A stretch of DNA of 63,945 nucleotides, taken from Rectinemataceae bacterium (GTDB taxonomy: Bacteria > Spirochaetota > Spirochaetia > Treponematales > Rectinemataceae). The position numbers and the translations under genes are program-made. The notes under the pieces are model-generated. The model did not search any database. It saw only the letters and a list, made by a program, of their open reading frames with translations, and was not told the DNA's origin. The stretch is taken from NCBI GenBank assembly GCA_035505775.1, contig DATJQN010000235.1:1-63945 (forward strand). Direction: 5' to 3'. This document shows positions 44,241 through 53,859 of this stretch, piece after piece (the first letter of the stretch is position 1; every line of letters starts with the position of its first letter).

Positions 44241-45353
44241 ATGACCATCAAGGGGCTGAAAAGCCTGTCGCTCGGCCAGCTCGTCGCCAGGATCCCGATC
44301 GTCCAGGGTGGCATGGGCGTGGGCATCTCCCTCTCGGGGCTGGCGGCCGCCACGGCCAACGCGGGCGGCATCGGCGTGATCGCCGCGGCGGGGATTGGCC
44401 TGCTTGAACCCGATGGCTTCACGGATTTCCTCGGCGCCAGCATCAGGGCCCTGCGCCGCGAGATCAGAAGAGCCCGCGAGCTCAGCCGCGGCGTCATCGG
44501 CGTCAACATCATGGTCGCGCTCCGCAACTTCGCCGACATGGTCCGGACCGCAGTCGAGGAGAAGATCGACGTCATTTTCGCGGGGGCCGGGCTGCCGATG
44601 ACCCTGCCGGAACTCGTCAAAGGATCGCTCACCAAGATCGTGCCCATCGTCTCATCCGGCAAGGCGGCGGCGCTCATAGCCCGTCGCTGGCTGGACAAGT
44701 ACGACTATCTGCCGGACGCCTTTGTCGTGGAAGGTCCCAAGGCCGGCGGCCACCTCGGCTACAAGCCCGAGCAGATCGACGATCCCGACTTTCGTCTCGA
44801 AAAGATCCTGCCGGAGGTCATAGCGGCCGTGAAACCCTTTGCCGAGGAGCGGGGCAGGGACATTCCGGTAATCGCCGGCGGCGGAGTCTACACGGGTGCG
44901 GACATACGGAAATTCCTCGAGCTCGGCGCGGCCGGCGTGCAGATGGCGACGCGGTTCGTCGCCACGGAGGAGTGCGACGCAGCCTCGGCCTTCAAGGAAG
45001 CCTTCGTGTCCGCCCGGCCCGGCGATCTGGAGATCATCAAGAGCCCCGTCGGCATGCCGGGCCGTGCGATCCGCAACCGCTTTCTCGACGAGGTCGAGCG
45101 CGGCGAGCGCAAGCCCTTCGCCTGCCCCTACCACTGCATCGTCACCTGCGATTACGAGAAGGCGCCGTACTGCATTTCGCTCGCCCTGCTGAACGCCCAG
45201 CAGGGGCGGCTCGACAAGGGCTTCGCCTTTGCGGGAGCCAATGCCACTCGCGTGGAAAAGATCGTACACGTACAGGAGCTCGTCGATTCGCTCGTGAAGG
45301 AGTTCGAGGACTCTGCGGCGCCCTCGGCGAAGGACCGGCCCTCAGAAGCGTAG
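44241..45353 (+). CDS. nitronate monooxygenase / FabK-like NAD(P)H-dependent flavin oxidoreductase
   Basis: IPIVQGGMGVGIS motif and TIM-barrel FMN pattern (VIAGGGVYTGADI..GAAGVQMATRF). GAAGGAG lies before ATG 44241. Confidence 0.85.
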   Translation: MTIKGLKSLSLGQLVARIPIVQGGMGVGISLSGLAAATANAGGIGVIAAAGIGLLEPDGFTDFLGASIRALRREIRRARELSRGVIGVNIMVALRNFADMVRTAVEEKIDVIFAGAGLPMTLPELVKGSLTKIVPIVSSGKAAALIARRWLDKYDYLPDAFVVEGPKAGGHLGYKPEQIDDPDFRLEKILPEVIAAVKPFAEERGRDIPVIAGGGVYTGADIRKFLELGAAGVQMATRFVATEECDAASAFKEAFVSARPGDLEIIKSPVGMPGRAIRNRFLDEVERGERKPFACPYHCIVTCDYEKAPYCISLALLNAQQGRLDKGFAFAGANATRVEKIVHVQELVDSLVKEFEDSAAPSAKDRPSEA

Positions 45354-47051
45354 GTCGGCGCCGAGTCCGGCGCTGACGTAGTAGTCGCGCTGTCCCCAAA
45401 ACTCGCCGGTGGCCAGGGCGGCTATCGAGAAGGGCGCGTTCGGCAGATGCCAGCGGAGCTCGGCGCCGAAGGCGAGGGGTAGACGCTCAAGTGGTGGCCC
45501 GCCGCTGAAAGGCTCGCTCTTCGCAGCCGCCGAGACCGCGAAACTCACCGCCTCCATCGTCACCTCGAGCCCCGCACGCAGATAGGCCCATACGAAGAAT
45601 CCCGGAACCGTCCAGAGACCGTCGTCGTAGCCGGGATAGAAGGTCGAAGTCTCGATCTCGGGCGTCACGAACAGCCGGGCTCCGCCCGCCGAAAGCTCGA
45701 AGGGCATGCCCGCGGAGAGACCGGCGTAGCGCGTCGGTCCGTCCCAGGCGGGCGGCCAGCCGCTGGAGGCCTCGTCCATGAACGAGGCGAGGCTCAGCTT
45801 GGCGTAGGCCGCGACGCCTCCGCTCTCCCCCTCGACAAAGGCGTACTTGAAGGCTGCCGTGGCAGTCCAGGAATCCGGGGACGGGCTGCTCATGTCGCCG
45901 GGATAGAGGGTACTCAGCGCCGAAATTTCCAGCTCCATGCCTCCGCTCGGCGAGGGAAGCCCCACCCTGATGCCCGCGTCGAGCGTCCCGCGACCCATGA
46001 TCGCATGGTCGAGAAGCTCGAGGTGGCCGAGCGCGTCCACGCCGGACTCGACCTCCCCGCGCTCGAGACTGCGGGCGTCGGGCGCCAGCAGGGCACCGGA
46101 GACTCCCGAGTAGAAGGTGGAGCTGCGGGCATACCGGCCGCTGACGATCGTGACCTGGGTTTCCCGGGATCCGGCGCTCGCGCCGGCCGCGCCTGAACCT
46201 GGAGGGCCGCCCGCCGCCGCGGTCGGGGCAGCGCCCACCGCGGCAGTGCCCGCCGCCGCCCCTGACGCGGCCCGGGCGCTAAGCGTGTAGATACCGGGCT
46301 GCAGAGCGTGCCCGCGATCGTCCCTGCCGTCCCATCGCAGCGAAGTGCTGAAGGAAGCGAGGCTCAGCGGAGGGAAGTGCCGGACTTCCCTGCCCTCGGC
46401 GTCCTCGACAAGCAGGTCCGCGGCGCCTGCCGCAGTGGCGTCGACGGATATTTCGCAGCTGCCGAGAAAGCCCGGATCGGCGGGGTCGAAGCGCTGCGGT
46501 CTCGCGGAAACCGATTCGAGGGCGAAGGCAGCGGGCTGAAGGGAAACGGAGAGTTCGAGGGTCGATCCCTGAGTGATCGATATCGGACTGTCGAAGTCCA
46601 GGTAGCCGAAGCTCCTGACTCTAAGCTGATGTTCACCCGAAGCCAGAGTGAGGGAGCTGCCGGACTGGAACTCCCCGTCGATGAAAACCTCCGCGCCGCT
46701 CCCGAGCCCGTGCAGGATGAGGTAGCCTACATCAGCCGGCGCCTCTTGTTCCGGCGCCGAAAAGAAGAGACTGAACAGGCCGCCGCCCGTCGCCTCGCCC
46801 CCTTGCGAAGGGGATGCCGCGGCTGCGGGCGCGGTTGCGGGCGCGGCTGCGGGCGCTGGAGTCCGGGCTTTGGCCGCAGCCGCGCGCTGGGACGCGCTCT
46901 GGTCTCCGCCGGCGCTCGAGGCGTAGCCCGTTCCGCTTGAACTTGCGCAGCCTGCCAGCGCCAGGGTCAAGGCGAGAACGGCCCAGGGCAGCGGGCAGGC
47001 GCCGATGCGGTAGGCGCCGCTGGGGCGCACTAAGGAAGAATGGCGAAGCAT
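45342..47051 (-). CDS. predicted lipoprotein with PEGA-like and FlgD-Ig-like domains and a barrel-like C-terminal region ending in Phe
   Basis: Lipobox LALAGC. PEGA-like GAEVFIDGEFQSGSSLTLASGEHQLRVRSFGYLDF. FlgD-Ig-like FDPADPG...LRWDGRDDRGHALQPGIYTLS. About 270 aa with alternating hydrophobic/polar pattern ending GADLRF. Confidence 0.55.
   Translation of the reverse strand: MLRHSSLVRPSGAYRIGACPLPWAVLALTLALAGCASSSGTGYASSAGGDQSASQRAAAAKARTPAPAAAPATAPAAAASPSQGGEATGGGLFSLFFSAPEQEAPADVGYLILHGLGSGAEVFIDGEFQSGSSLTLASGEHQLRVRSFGYLDFDSPISITQGSTLELSVSLQPAAFALESVSARPQRFDPADPGFLGSCEISVDATAAGAADLLVEDAEGREVRHFPPLSLASFSTSLRWDGRDDRGHALQPGIYTLSARAASGAAAGTAAVGAAPTAAAGGPPGSGAAGASAGSRETQVTIVSGRYARSSTFYSGVSGALLAPDARSLERGEVESGVDALGHLELLDHAIMGRGTLDAGIRVGLPSPSGGMELEISALSTLYPGDMSSPSPDSWTATAAFKYAFVEGESGGVAAYAKLSLASFMDEASSGWPPAWDGPTRYAGLSAGMPFELSAGGARLFVTPEIETSTFYPGYDDGLWTVPGFFVWAYLRAGLEVTMEAVSFAVSAAAKSEPFSGGPPLERLPLAFGAELRWHLPNAPFSIAALATGEFWGQRDYYVSAGLGADLRF
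46818..46856. repeat. 12-nt tandem repeat (GCGGYTGCGGGC) x 3.3 inside the lipoprotein gene
   Basis: gcggctgcgggc / gcggttgcgggc / gcggctgcgggc / gctgg. Encodes APAAAPATAPAAA on the minus strand. Confidence 0.8.
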
Positions 47052-47135
47052 GCTCCCAGTATAGCGCCCTGCAGGGCGCTCTGCAGGGCGCGTTCTGGAA
47101 GGGGAGCAGGGCCTGCGGGGGCGTCCCCGCAGCGA

Positions 47136-48239
47136 TCACTTCACGTATTGGATGAACTGACCGTAGCCTTCCTTTTCCATGTCCTGGAGGGGAATGAAGC
47201 GGAGCGAGGCCGAGTCCATGCAATACCGGAGCCCGGTCGGTGCCGGCCCGTCGTCGAAGAGATGTCCCAGATGGGAGCCGGCGTACCTGCTGGCGACCTC
47301 GGTTCGCTGCATCCCGAAGCTGTCATCCTCGTGGAACACGATATTCGAAAGCGCCAGCGGCATCGTAAAGCTCGGCCAGCCCGTACCCGAGTCGAACTTG
47401 TCCTTGGAGCTGAAGAGGGGCTCGCCCGAAACGATGTCGACATAGATACCCGGCTTTTCGTTGTTCCAGTACTCGTTCTGGAAAGGAGGCTCGGTCCCCT
47501 GGCGCTGGGTGACATCGTACTGCATGGAGTTGAGTGTCTTCTTCAGCTGGGCGTCGGAGGGCTTCGAGTAATCGCCCATGTGCGCGGAGGGCGGAGCGTT
47601 GGGGTCAAGGGCTCCCTCTTTGCCCCAGGCAGCGGTGAAGAACTCGATCCGGCCGGAATGGTTGTAATAGTAGCCGTAGTCCAGCGGCCGTTTCTTGGGA
47701 TAGTCCTGATGGTAGTCCTCGGCAGGATAGAACGCAGGCGCCGGCAGGAGCTGGGTGACGATCGGCCGCTTGAATACCCCTGACGCGGCGAGCGCGGCTT
47801 TCGACGCTTCGGCCTGGCTTTTCTGCTGTGGGTTTTCGTAGAAGATGATCGGGCGGTACTGGGGACCCCGGTCCACGAAGGCTCCACCCGGGTCGGTGGG
47901 GTCGGTGTGGCGCCAATAGACGTCGAGCAGGTGTGAATAGCTGATCCGCGTCGGATCGAAGATGACCTGGACGACCTCCACATGGCCGTTTTCCGCGTAG
48001 TTCTCGTAGGTCGGATTGCGGGTGCTTCCGCCCGCATATCCGGATACGGCGTTTACCACGCCATAGGCCTTCTCAAGCGCAGACTGCATGCTCCAGAAGC
48101 AGCCTCCCGCAAGGAGGGCCGTCTGGAGCCCGCTCGAGACCGGACCGGGGGGTGGGGTGGGCAGTCCGGAATCGGCCACCAGGGCCGACCCGGCAAAAAT
48201 GAGCATCGCAGACATCACTGCGAGCGCTAGCCTGTTCAC
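47136..48239 (-). CDS. msrAB: secreted bifunctional methionine sulfoxide reductase MsrA-MsrB
   Basis: MsrA GCFWSMQ active site and MsrB GTGWPSF / [11 protein letters not shown]. Signal peptide [25 protein letters not shown] 48239 is preceded by AAGGAG. Confidence 0.85.
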   Translation of the reverse strand: MNRLALAVMSAMLIFAGSALVADSGLPTPPPGPVSSGLQTALLAGGCFWSMQSALEKAYGVVNAVSGYAGGSTRNPTYENYAENGHVEVVQVIFDPTRISYSHLLDVYWRHTDPTDPGGAFVDRGPQYRPIIFYENPQQKSQAEASKAALAASGVFKRPIVTQLLPAPAFYPAEDYHQDYPKKRPLDYGYYYNHSGRIEFFTAAWGKEGALDPNAPPSAHMGDYSKPSDAQLKKTLNSMQYDVTQRQGTEPPFQNEYWNNEKPGIYVDIVSGEPLFSSKDKFDSGTGWPSFTMPLALSNIVFHEDDSFGMQRTEVASRYAGSHLGHLFDDGPAPTGLRYCMDSASLRFIPLQDMEKEGYGQFIQYVK

Positions 48240-48601
48240 GGTAGCTCCTTTGACGATCCCCGACTGGCTCTGACCACGTCTCGATCCCGGCCGGGAGGGG
48301 CCATGGGGATTCATCGTTGAGCTAAATGTATAGAATGCTTTACATGGAATCAAGCATATATACGACAAACGCAGTAATGAAAGTGAAGGGACGCCACGGG
48401 CCGGGAATTCCAGGAGGGAGAGGGCCGCAGGGGGTTGTGGCAGCGATCTTCGTGACCCGATTCCCCTCCCCGAGCCGGCCACTGTCGAACTGCGCCCCGG
48501 TAATTCTTTGCAGGTCCATGCGGACGACGGTCTTGTCGATGGTTTTTCTACGCGGTACCATTCATTACGGGAGCGCCCACCGCGGGCCACAAGGAGAACG
48601 C

Positions 48602-49228
48602 ATGCAGGAATTTTTCGCAAAAGGCGGACTGGTCCTCTGGATCATCGTCGGTCTTTCGGCCCTGGCCGTCGCCATCATCATCGAGCGACTCCTCTACTTC
48701 CGCCGCATATCCACCGACGAGCAGAAGCTCTACTCCCGGGCGAAAGCCAGCCTCGAGAAGGCCCACTTCGACGAGGCGCTGGCCATCTGCGACCAGAATC
48801 TCTCCCCCTTCTCGGCCCTGCTCCGCACGGGGATCGAGAATCGGCACTACCCGGAGCAGACGCAGCGCGAGATGCTCAAGGACGCGGCGGCCCAGGAAGA
48901 GCCGGGGCTCGAGCGCCACATCTCGGCGCTCGGCACGATCGCCAACATCGCCCCGCTGATCGGACTTCTGGGCACGGTCACGGGTACGATGAAAGCCCTC
49001 GGCGTCCTCGGGCGCTTCGGGGCTGTCAGCGATCCCTCGGTCATAGCCGCCGGCGTTTCCGAGGCCTTGATAAACACGGTGGGCGGCATCATCGTCGCGG
49101 TTCTCTCGGTCATTTTCTACAATTACCTCGTCAACAAGGTGAACCTGATCATCCTCAAGCTGGAGAGTCAGGTCACCAATCTCATCACGATGGTCAATGC
49201 GAGCGAGTCGAGGGGGTCACGGACATGA
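48602..49228 (+). CDS. exbB: MotA/TolQ/ExbB proton-channel family protein
   Basis: Three TM segments and [11 protein letters not shown]...[12 protein letters not shown] motifs. AAGGAG lies before ATG 48602. Confidence 0.85.
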   Translation: MQEFFAKGGLVLWIIVGLSALAVAIIIERLLYFRRISTDEQKLYSRAKASLEKAHFDEALAICDQNLSPFSALLRTGIENRHYPEQTQREMLKDAAAQEEPGLERHISALGTIANIAPLIGLLGTVTGTMKALGVLGRFGAVSDPSVIAAGVSEALINTVGGIIVAVLSVIFYNYLVNKVNLIILKLESQVTNLITMVNASESRGSRT

Positions 49229-49641
49229 GGAGCGGCCGGCGGCTCCATCCCGCAACGAACGTCAATCTAGTCCCCCTGATCGACGTCCTCCTCATTCTCA
49301 TCATTTTCTTTATGATCACGACGACCTTCAAAGTCGCCCCGGGCATCAGCCTGACGCTGCCGAGCTCGAGCACCTCCCAGAACGTACAGTCCTCCGTGGT
49401 CAGCGTCGTCGCCGTGTCGGAGTCGGAAATCTATGTCGACCGGGTGAGGACCACCCTCGCGGGACTCCCCGCCCTCATCAAACGGAAGGCCAGCTCGGGG
49501 GACCCCTCCACGATCAAGGCCACGCTCGAGGGCGACAAGTCCGCGAGCTATCAGCTCATGATCTCGGTGCTCGACGCGCTCAGGCGGAACGGGATCGAAG
49601 CGGTCGGCCTCCGGACGAGGCCGGTGGGGGGCGGCCCATGA
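49225..49641 (+). CDS. exbD: ExbD/TolR family protein
   Basis: NLVPLIDVLLILIIFFM TM with the conserved Asp. ATGA overlap with the upstream gene. Confidence 0.85.
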   Translation: MRSGRRLHPATNVNLVPLIDVLLILIIFFMITTTFKVAPGISLTLPSSSTSQNVQSSVVSVVAVSESEIYVDRVRTTLAGLPALIKRKASSGDPSTIKATLEGDKSASYQLMISVLDALRRNGIEAVGLRTRPVGGGP

Positions 49642-50705
49642 CCGGCAGCGCCTGGGTGCGAGCCCAGGATCGCAGGCGCAGCCTGATTGCCGTCGGGGCC
49701 ACGGTGGCCCTTTATGTCCTCGGATTCCTGGTCGTCGTCATCGTCGGCCTCCTGGTACCTTCGCATGAGGCCAACGCCCAGGGCCCCCTCGTCGTCGATC
49801 TCGGCCTGCCCGAGGGTTCGGTCAGTTCTCTTCCGCTCGGCGTGCCCAACGCGCCGGAGCGCCCCATCGGGCTGGCGCCGACGCCGCCCGCACAGGCGCA
49901 GCCCTCCACCCAGCCGGCGGCGCAGCCCTCCGCCGCCGCGTCGTCGGCTCCTCCCGCGGCCACGAGCTCATCCAGGCCCGGAACCGCCTCGGTGGGCGCT
50001 CCTCCTGCACCCGGCGGCACAGCCCCGCGCAGCCCCTCGACCGTTGCCACAGGCGCTCCCCCCACGGCGAGCCAAAGCCCCGCGGCGACGACGCGGAGCT
50101 TCAGTTCCTCGCCGGGCAGCTCAGTCCAGGGCTCGACCCCCGGACTCGTCGTCGGCACCGGGACGGTCACCTTCCGGGGCTCGGAGATGGGCAATCTCCT
50201 GGATACGACCTTCGTAGCCGCTTCGGGGAAGATCGGCCGCAATCTCTATGTCCCGATCTGGCTCTACATGCCGCTGCCGCATCAGGTGAGCGATGCAATC
50301 TATCAAGCTATCCCGGCCGACGCGGGGGGCTACTACACTGCAAGCGCACGGAAGGATGCTTTCAGGCAATACTACAGTCAGTCTGGCGGCGTGTGGACGC
50401 AGAAGCCCAGCGTCCCCTATGACGCGCGGGCCTTTATCTGGCTCATGCTCCAGGACGCCGGTGTCGATCCCTCCCGGGCCGAATTCAAGCAGCAGCAGAA
50501 TCTGAAACCCGTGGCCATCGATTTTGTCGTGGGCCCGGGGCCGAAGCCCGCCCTCGTCTACGTCGACCTGGTCTCATCGTCCGGATCCAAGGAAATCGAC
50601 GACGCGGTGCTCTACGGATTCAGGCAGGCCACCTTCTTCAACAACACGGGCACCTCGGTGTCCGGCCATTTCACCTACGACTTCAACGCCGCGCCCACCA
50701 AGTAG
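49638..50705 (+). CDS. TonB-like energy transducer with an extended C-terminal region
   Basis: N-terminal TM anchor and a long Pro/Ala/Ser-rich spacer. The C-terminal VDLVSSSGSKEIDDAVLYGFRQATF resembles a TonB_C core. ATGA overlap with exbD. Confidence 0.55.
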   Translation: MTGSAWVRAQDRRRSLIAVGATVALYVLGFLVVVIVGLLVPSHEANAQGPLVVDLGLPEGSVSSLPLGVPNAPERPIGLAPTPPAQAQPSTQPAAQPSAAASSAPPAATSSSRPGTASVGAPPAPGGTAPRSPSTVATGAPPTASQSPAATTRSFSSSPGSSVQGSTPGLVVGTGTVTFRGSEMGNLLDTTFVAASGKIGRNLYVPIWLYMPLPHQVSDAIYQAIPADAGGYYTASARKDAFRQYYSQSGGVWTQKPSVPYDARAFIWLMLQDAGVDPSRAEFKQQQNLKPVAIDFVVGPGPKPALVYVDLVSSSGSKEIDDAVLYGFRQATFFNNTGTSVSGHFTYDFNAAPTK

Positions 50706-50785
50706 GGCGCGCCCAGGCGCAGGGAGCGGCACGGCGCGGGGTCGCGCCATCAGGTGTCGCGCGAAGCGTGGGGCTCGGGAGCCTG

Positions 50786-51157
50786 TCAGGGCGCGGGCAG
50801 GCTAGGGCGCCGGCGGGCGCGGGCGGCCGCCGCGATCATGGCATCGCATTCCTCGACCCTGAGGGCGAGAGGTTTCTCAATGAGCACATGCAGCCCTGCC
50901 TCGAAGCTTTCGATCGCATGGGCCGCGTGGAAGGGATGGGGCGTCGTGACGACCAGGGCCGCGACCCGGTCGCGATCCGCCAGCTCAGCCGGGCTTGAAC
51001 GCGAGGCGCAGTCCCAGCGAGCTGCGAAGGCATCGCGCTTCGCCGCGTCGCGCCCGCAGACCGAGACCAGTCGCGCGCCCGGCGTTCGGGAGAGGGCCCG
51101 CGCGTGAAGCTCAGCCACCTTGCCGTAGCCGTACAGCCCGAATGCGATGTCGTCCAT
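50786..51157 (-). pseudogene. Gfo/Idh/MocA oxidoreductase remnant (N-terminal Rossmann domain only, 123 aa)
   Basis: FGLYGYGKVAELHARAL...VSVCGRD...VVTTPHPFHAAHAIESFEAGLHVLIEKPLA is the family N-terminal domain. The ORF stops right after it and only about 80 nt remain before the next gene. Confidence 0.5.
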
Positions 51158-51258
51158 GACTGCCTCGTCAGGGCGCACGTGATTCCCGCGCTCCTGTGGC
51201 GACCGGGCCGCAGGAGTCGTCGGAGCTGTCGGGGTCGGCGGCACCGCTGGGCTGCATG

Positions 51259-52716
51259 CTAGGCGTTGTAGGAATTGGAAGTCGCCGGCCCTCCCGTGCC
51301 CGTCCAGTCCGTGTGGTGGAATTCCCCCCGGGGACGATCCACCCGTTCGTAGGTATGGGCGCCGAAGTAGTCGCGCTGCGCCTGGATGAGATTCGCGGGG
51401 AGCCGTGCGCAGCGGTAGCCGTCGTAGAAGGCAAGGGCCGCGGAAAGGGAGGGAATGGGCACGCCCGTCGCGGCCGCCGCCGCGACGACCCTCCGCAGCG
51501 CCGCCTGGCAGTCTCCCAGGATGCCCGCAAAGTAGGTGTCGACAAGGAGGGAGGGCAGTTCGGCGTCCCGGTCGAAGGCCTGCTTGATCCGATCGAGGAA
51601 GGCCGATCGGATGATGCATCCGCCGCGCCAGACCTGGGCGATCGATCCGTAGTCGAGGTCCCAGCCTCGGGCCGAGCCCACTTCCCGCATCAGCATGAAG
51701 CCCTGGGCGTAACTTACGATCTTTGCGGCAAGGAGGGCCCGGCGCAGGTCCTCGAGTGTCGTGACGGTCGGCGCCGCTGCGGCGGCTTTCGGGCCCTCGA
51801 GAATATCCGCGGCGTCCGCACGCTCCTCGACGAGGGCCGAGAGAAAACGGGCGAAGACCGCCTCGGTGATGAGGGTGAGCGGGACTCCGGCGTCAAGCGA
51901 GGTCTGGCTGACCCATTTGCCCGTCCCCTTCTGTCCGGCGGAATCCAGTATCCGTTCCACGAGCGGGCTGCCATCCGGGTCGGGGAATCGGAGGATGGCC
52001 TCGGTGATCTCGATCAGGTAGGACTCGAGCTCGGTCCGGTTCCAGTCCCGAAAGGCGTCGGCCATCGCGGGCGCGGACATTCCGTAGGCTTCACGCATGA
52101 GGTGGTAGGTCTCCGCGATCAGTTCCATGTCGCCGTACTCGATGCCGTTGTGCACCATCTTCACGAAATGGCCGGCACCTTCGCTTCCGATCCAGGCGCA
52201 GCAGGATTCTCCGGTCGCCGTCTTGGCGGCGATGTCGGTGAAAATGCTTCTGACACCGGCCCAGGCCGGAGCGTCACCGCCGGGCATGAGCGAAGGCCCG
52301 TTGCGCGCTCCCTCCTCCCCTCCCGAGACTCCCATGCCCACAAAATGAATCCCCCGCTCGCCGAAGCTCTTGACGCGCCGCACCGTGTCCTCGAAGTAGG
52401 AGTTGCCGCCGTCGATGACTATGTCGCCACTCTCAAGAAACGGCCCAAGATGTTCGAGCATCTCGTCCACCGGCGCGCCGGCCTTTATGAGGAGCATGAC
52501 CTTCCGTGGCCGGGCAAGCGAGGCGCAGAGCTCCTCGAGGCTGCGTGCGCCCACAATGTCGCTTCTGCCCGCCGCAGGTCCGGAGAGGAATTGCTCGGTG
52601 ACCGTGTGTGTCCTGTTATAGACCGCCACCGAGTAGCCGTGGTCGTTCATGTTGAGGACAAGGTTCTGTCCCATGACGGCGAGACCGATCAAACCGATGT
52701 CAGCTTCCATGTCCAT
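51259..52716 (-). CDS. gnd: NADP-dependent 6-phosphogluconate dehydrogenase (decarboxylating)
   Basis: IGLIGLAVMGQNLVLNM Rossmann start, GMGVSGGEEGA, and a full-length family pattern (485 aa). Confidence 0.9.
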   Translation of the reverse strand: MDMEADIGLIGLAVMGQNLVLNMNDHGYSVAVYNRTHTVTEQFLSGPAAGRSDIVGARSLEELCASLARPRKVMLLIKAGAPVDEMLEHLGPFLESGDIVIDGGNSYFEDTVRRVKSFGERGIHFVGMGVSGGEEGARNGPSLMPGGDAPAWAGVRSIFTDIAAKTATGESCCAWIGSEGAGHFVKMVHNGIEYGDMELIAETYHLMREAYGMSAPAMADAFRDWNRTELESYLIEITEAILRFPDPDGSPLVERILDSAGQKGTGKWVSQTSLDAGVPLTLITEAVFARFLSALVEERADAADILEGPKAAAAAPTVTTLEDLRRALLAAKIVSYAQGFMLMREVGSARGWDLDYGSIAQVWRGGCIIRSAFLDRIKQAFDRDAELPSLLVDTYFAGILGDCQAALRRVVAAAAATGVPIPSLSAALAFYDGYRCARLPANLIQAQRDYFGAHTYERVDRPRGEFHHTDWTGTGGPATSNSYNA

Positions 52717-52719
52717 CTC

Positions 52720-53850
52720 CTAGCGCTGGATCCGCGCCGAGCCGCCTCGGGCGAGGGCTTCCACCTGATCTACTGTAGCCATGCTCGTGTCGCCAGGGAA
52801 GCTGGTCACGAGGGCGCCGTGGGCCCAGCCCAGGCGAAGCGCCTCCTCCGGGCTCCGCCCGGACAGAAGGCCATAAATGAGGCCAGCGGCGAATCCGTCG
52901 CCTCCGCCGACTCGATCGTAGACATCGAGCTCGCAGGTCGGCGCGATATGGCTGGATCCTCCGATCCACAGGACGGCGCTCCAGCCGTGACGGTTGGTGG
53001 ATCGGACTTCGCGCAACGTGGTGGCCACTGCCTTGACGTTCGGATAGCGGCGGCTCACCTGATCGATCGTGGCCAGGAAGGCGGCCGGATCGAGCTTGGA
53101 CTTGTGCTCGACCGAAGGTCCCTCGAGGCCGAGCCCCATCTGGAGATCCTCCTCGTTGCCGAGGAGGACATCTACCTGCTCGACGATGCGGGCCAGTGTG
53201 GCGCGCGCCCGCTCCGCGGCGCTGCCGGCGCCACCTCCGGTGCCGCCTCCGGCCTTTTCTTCGGCAGCGAAGGCCGCCCACAGCTTGGCGCGATAGTTCA
53301 GATCGAAGGAAACAATGGCCCCGGCGGCGCGCGCCTCGCGCATGCCCTCGATTATCAGCTCCGGCGTGGTACCCGACAGGGCGGCAAAGATGCCGCCGGA
53401 ATGGAACCACCTGACCCCGGAGGAGAAGATCCTTTTCCAGTCGAAGCTGCCCGGAGCGAGGAGGGAAGCAGCTTCGTTCGCGCGATTGTAGAAGACCACA
53501 GGAGGCCGGAGCCCCTGGCCGCGGTCGCTCCACACCTGGGCGATATTGGGACCGCGGACGCCGTCATGGGCAAAGTGGGCATAGAAAGAATCTACTCCGG
53601 CGGCGCGCACCGAACTTGCCACTTTTTGGCCGATCGGATAGTCGACCATGGCGCTCGCAATCGCGGTCTTCATGCCGAAGCAGAGTGCGAGATTCGCCGC
53701 CACGTTGTACTCGCCTCCAGATACGTGGAGATCATAGTGGTCCGCGGCGGAGAAGGGCACGATGCCCGGATCGAGTCGTGTCACCAGGGCGCCGAGGGCC
53801 AGGAAGTCGTAACCGGAGGGTTTCGATGCGGGGATGATCAGGTCGTGCAC
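52720..53850 (-). CDS. PfkB family sugar kinase (ketodeoxygluconokinase-like) with a Gly-rich insertion
   Basis: GGEYNVAANLA N-terminal motif and C-terminal DRVGGGDGFAAGLIYG PfkB signature. Insertion EEKAGGGTGGGAGSAAE. Confidence 0.85.
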   Translation of the reverse strand: MHDLIIPASKPSGYDFLALGALVTRLDPGIVPFSAADHYDLHVSGGEYNVAANLALCFGMKTAIASAMVDYPIGQKVASSVRAAGVDSFYAHFAHDGVRGPNIAQVWSDRGQGLRPPVVFYNRANEAASLLAPGSFDWKRIFSSGVRWFHSGGIFAALSGTTPELIIEGMREARAAGAIVSFDLNYRAKLWAAFAAEEKAGGGTGGGAGSAAERARATLARIVEQVDVLLGNEEDLQMGLGLEGPSVEHKSKLDPAAFLATIDQVSRRYPNVKAVATTLREVRSTNRHGWSAVLWIGGSSHIAPTCELDVYDRVGGGDGFAAGLIYGLLSGRSPEEALRLGWAHGALVTSFPGDTSMATVDQVEALARGGSARIQR

Positions 53851-53859
53851 GGCGGTCTC

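Noticed and set aside
48400-48601. Cobalamin or other riboswitch in the 360-nt spacer upstream of exbB (contains GCCACTG and purine/pyrimidine-rich complementary tracts)
   Set aside because: I could not find the B12-box or the GGUG...AAUCC core. The complementary tracts are short and imperfect. It needs cmsearch (Rfam RF00174 and the full library) before any claim.
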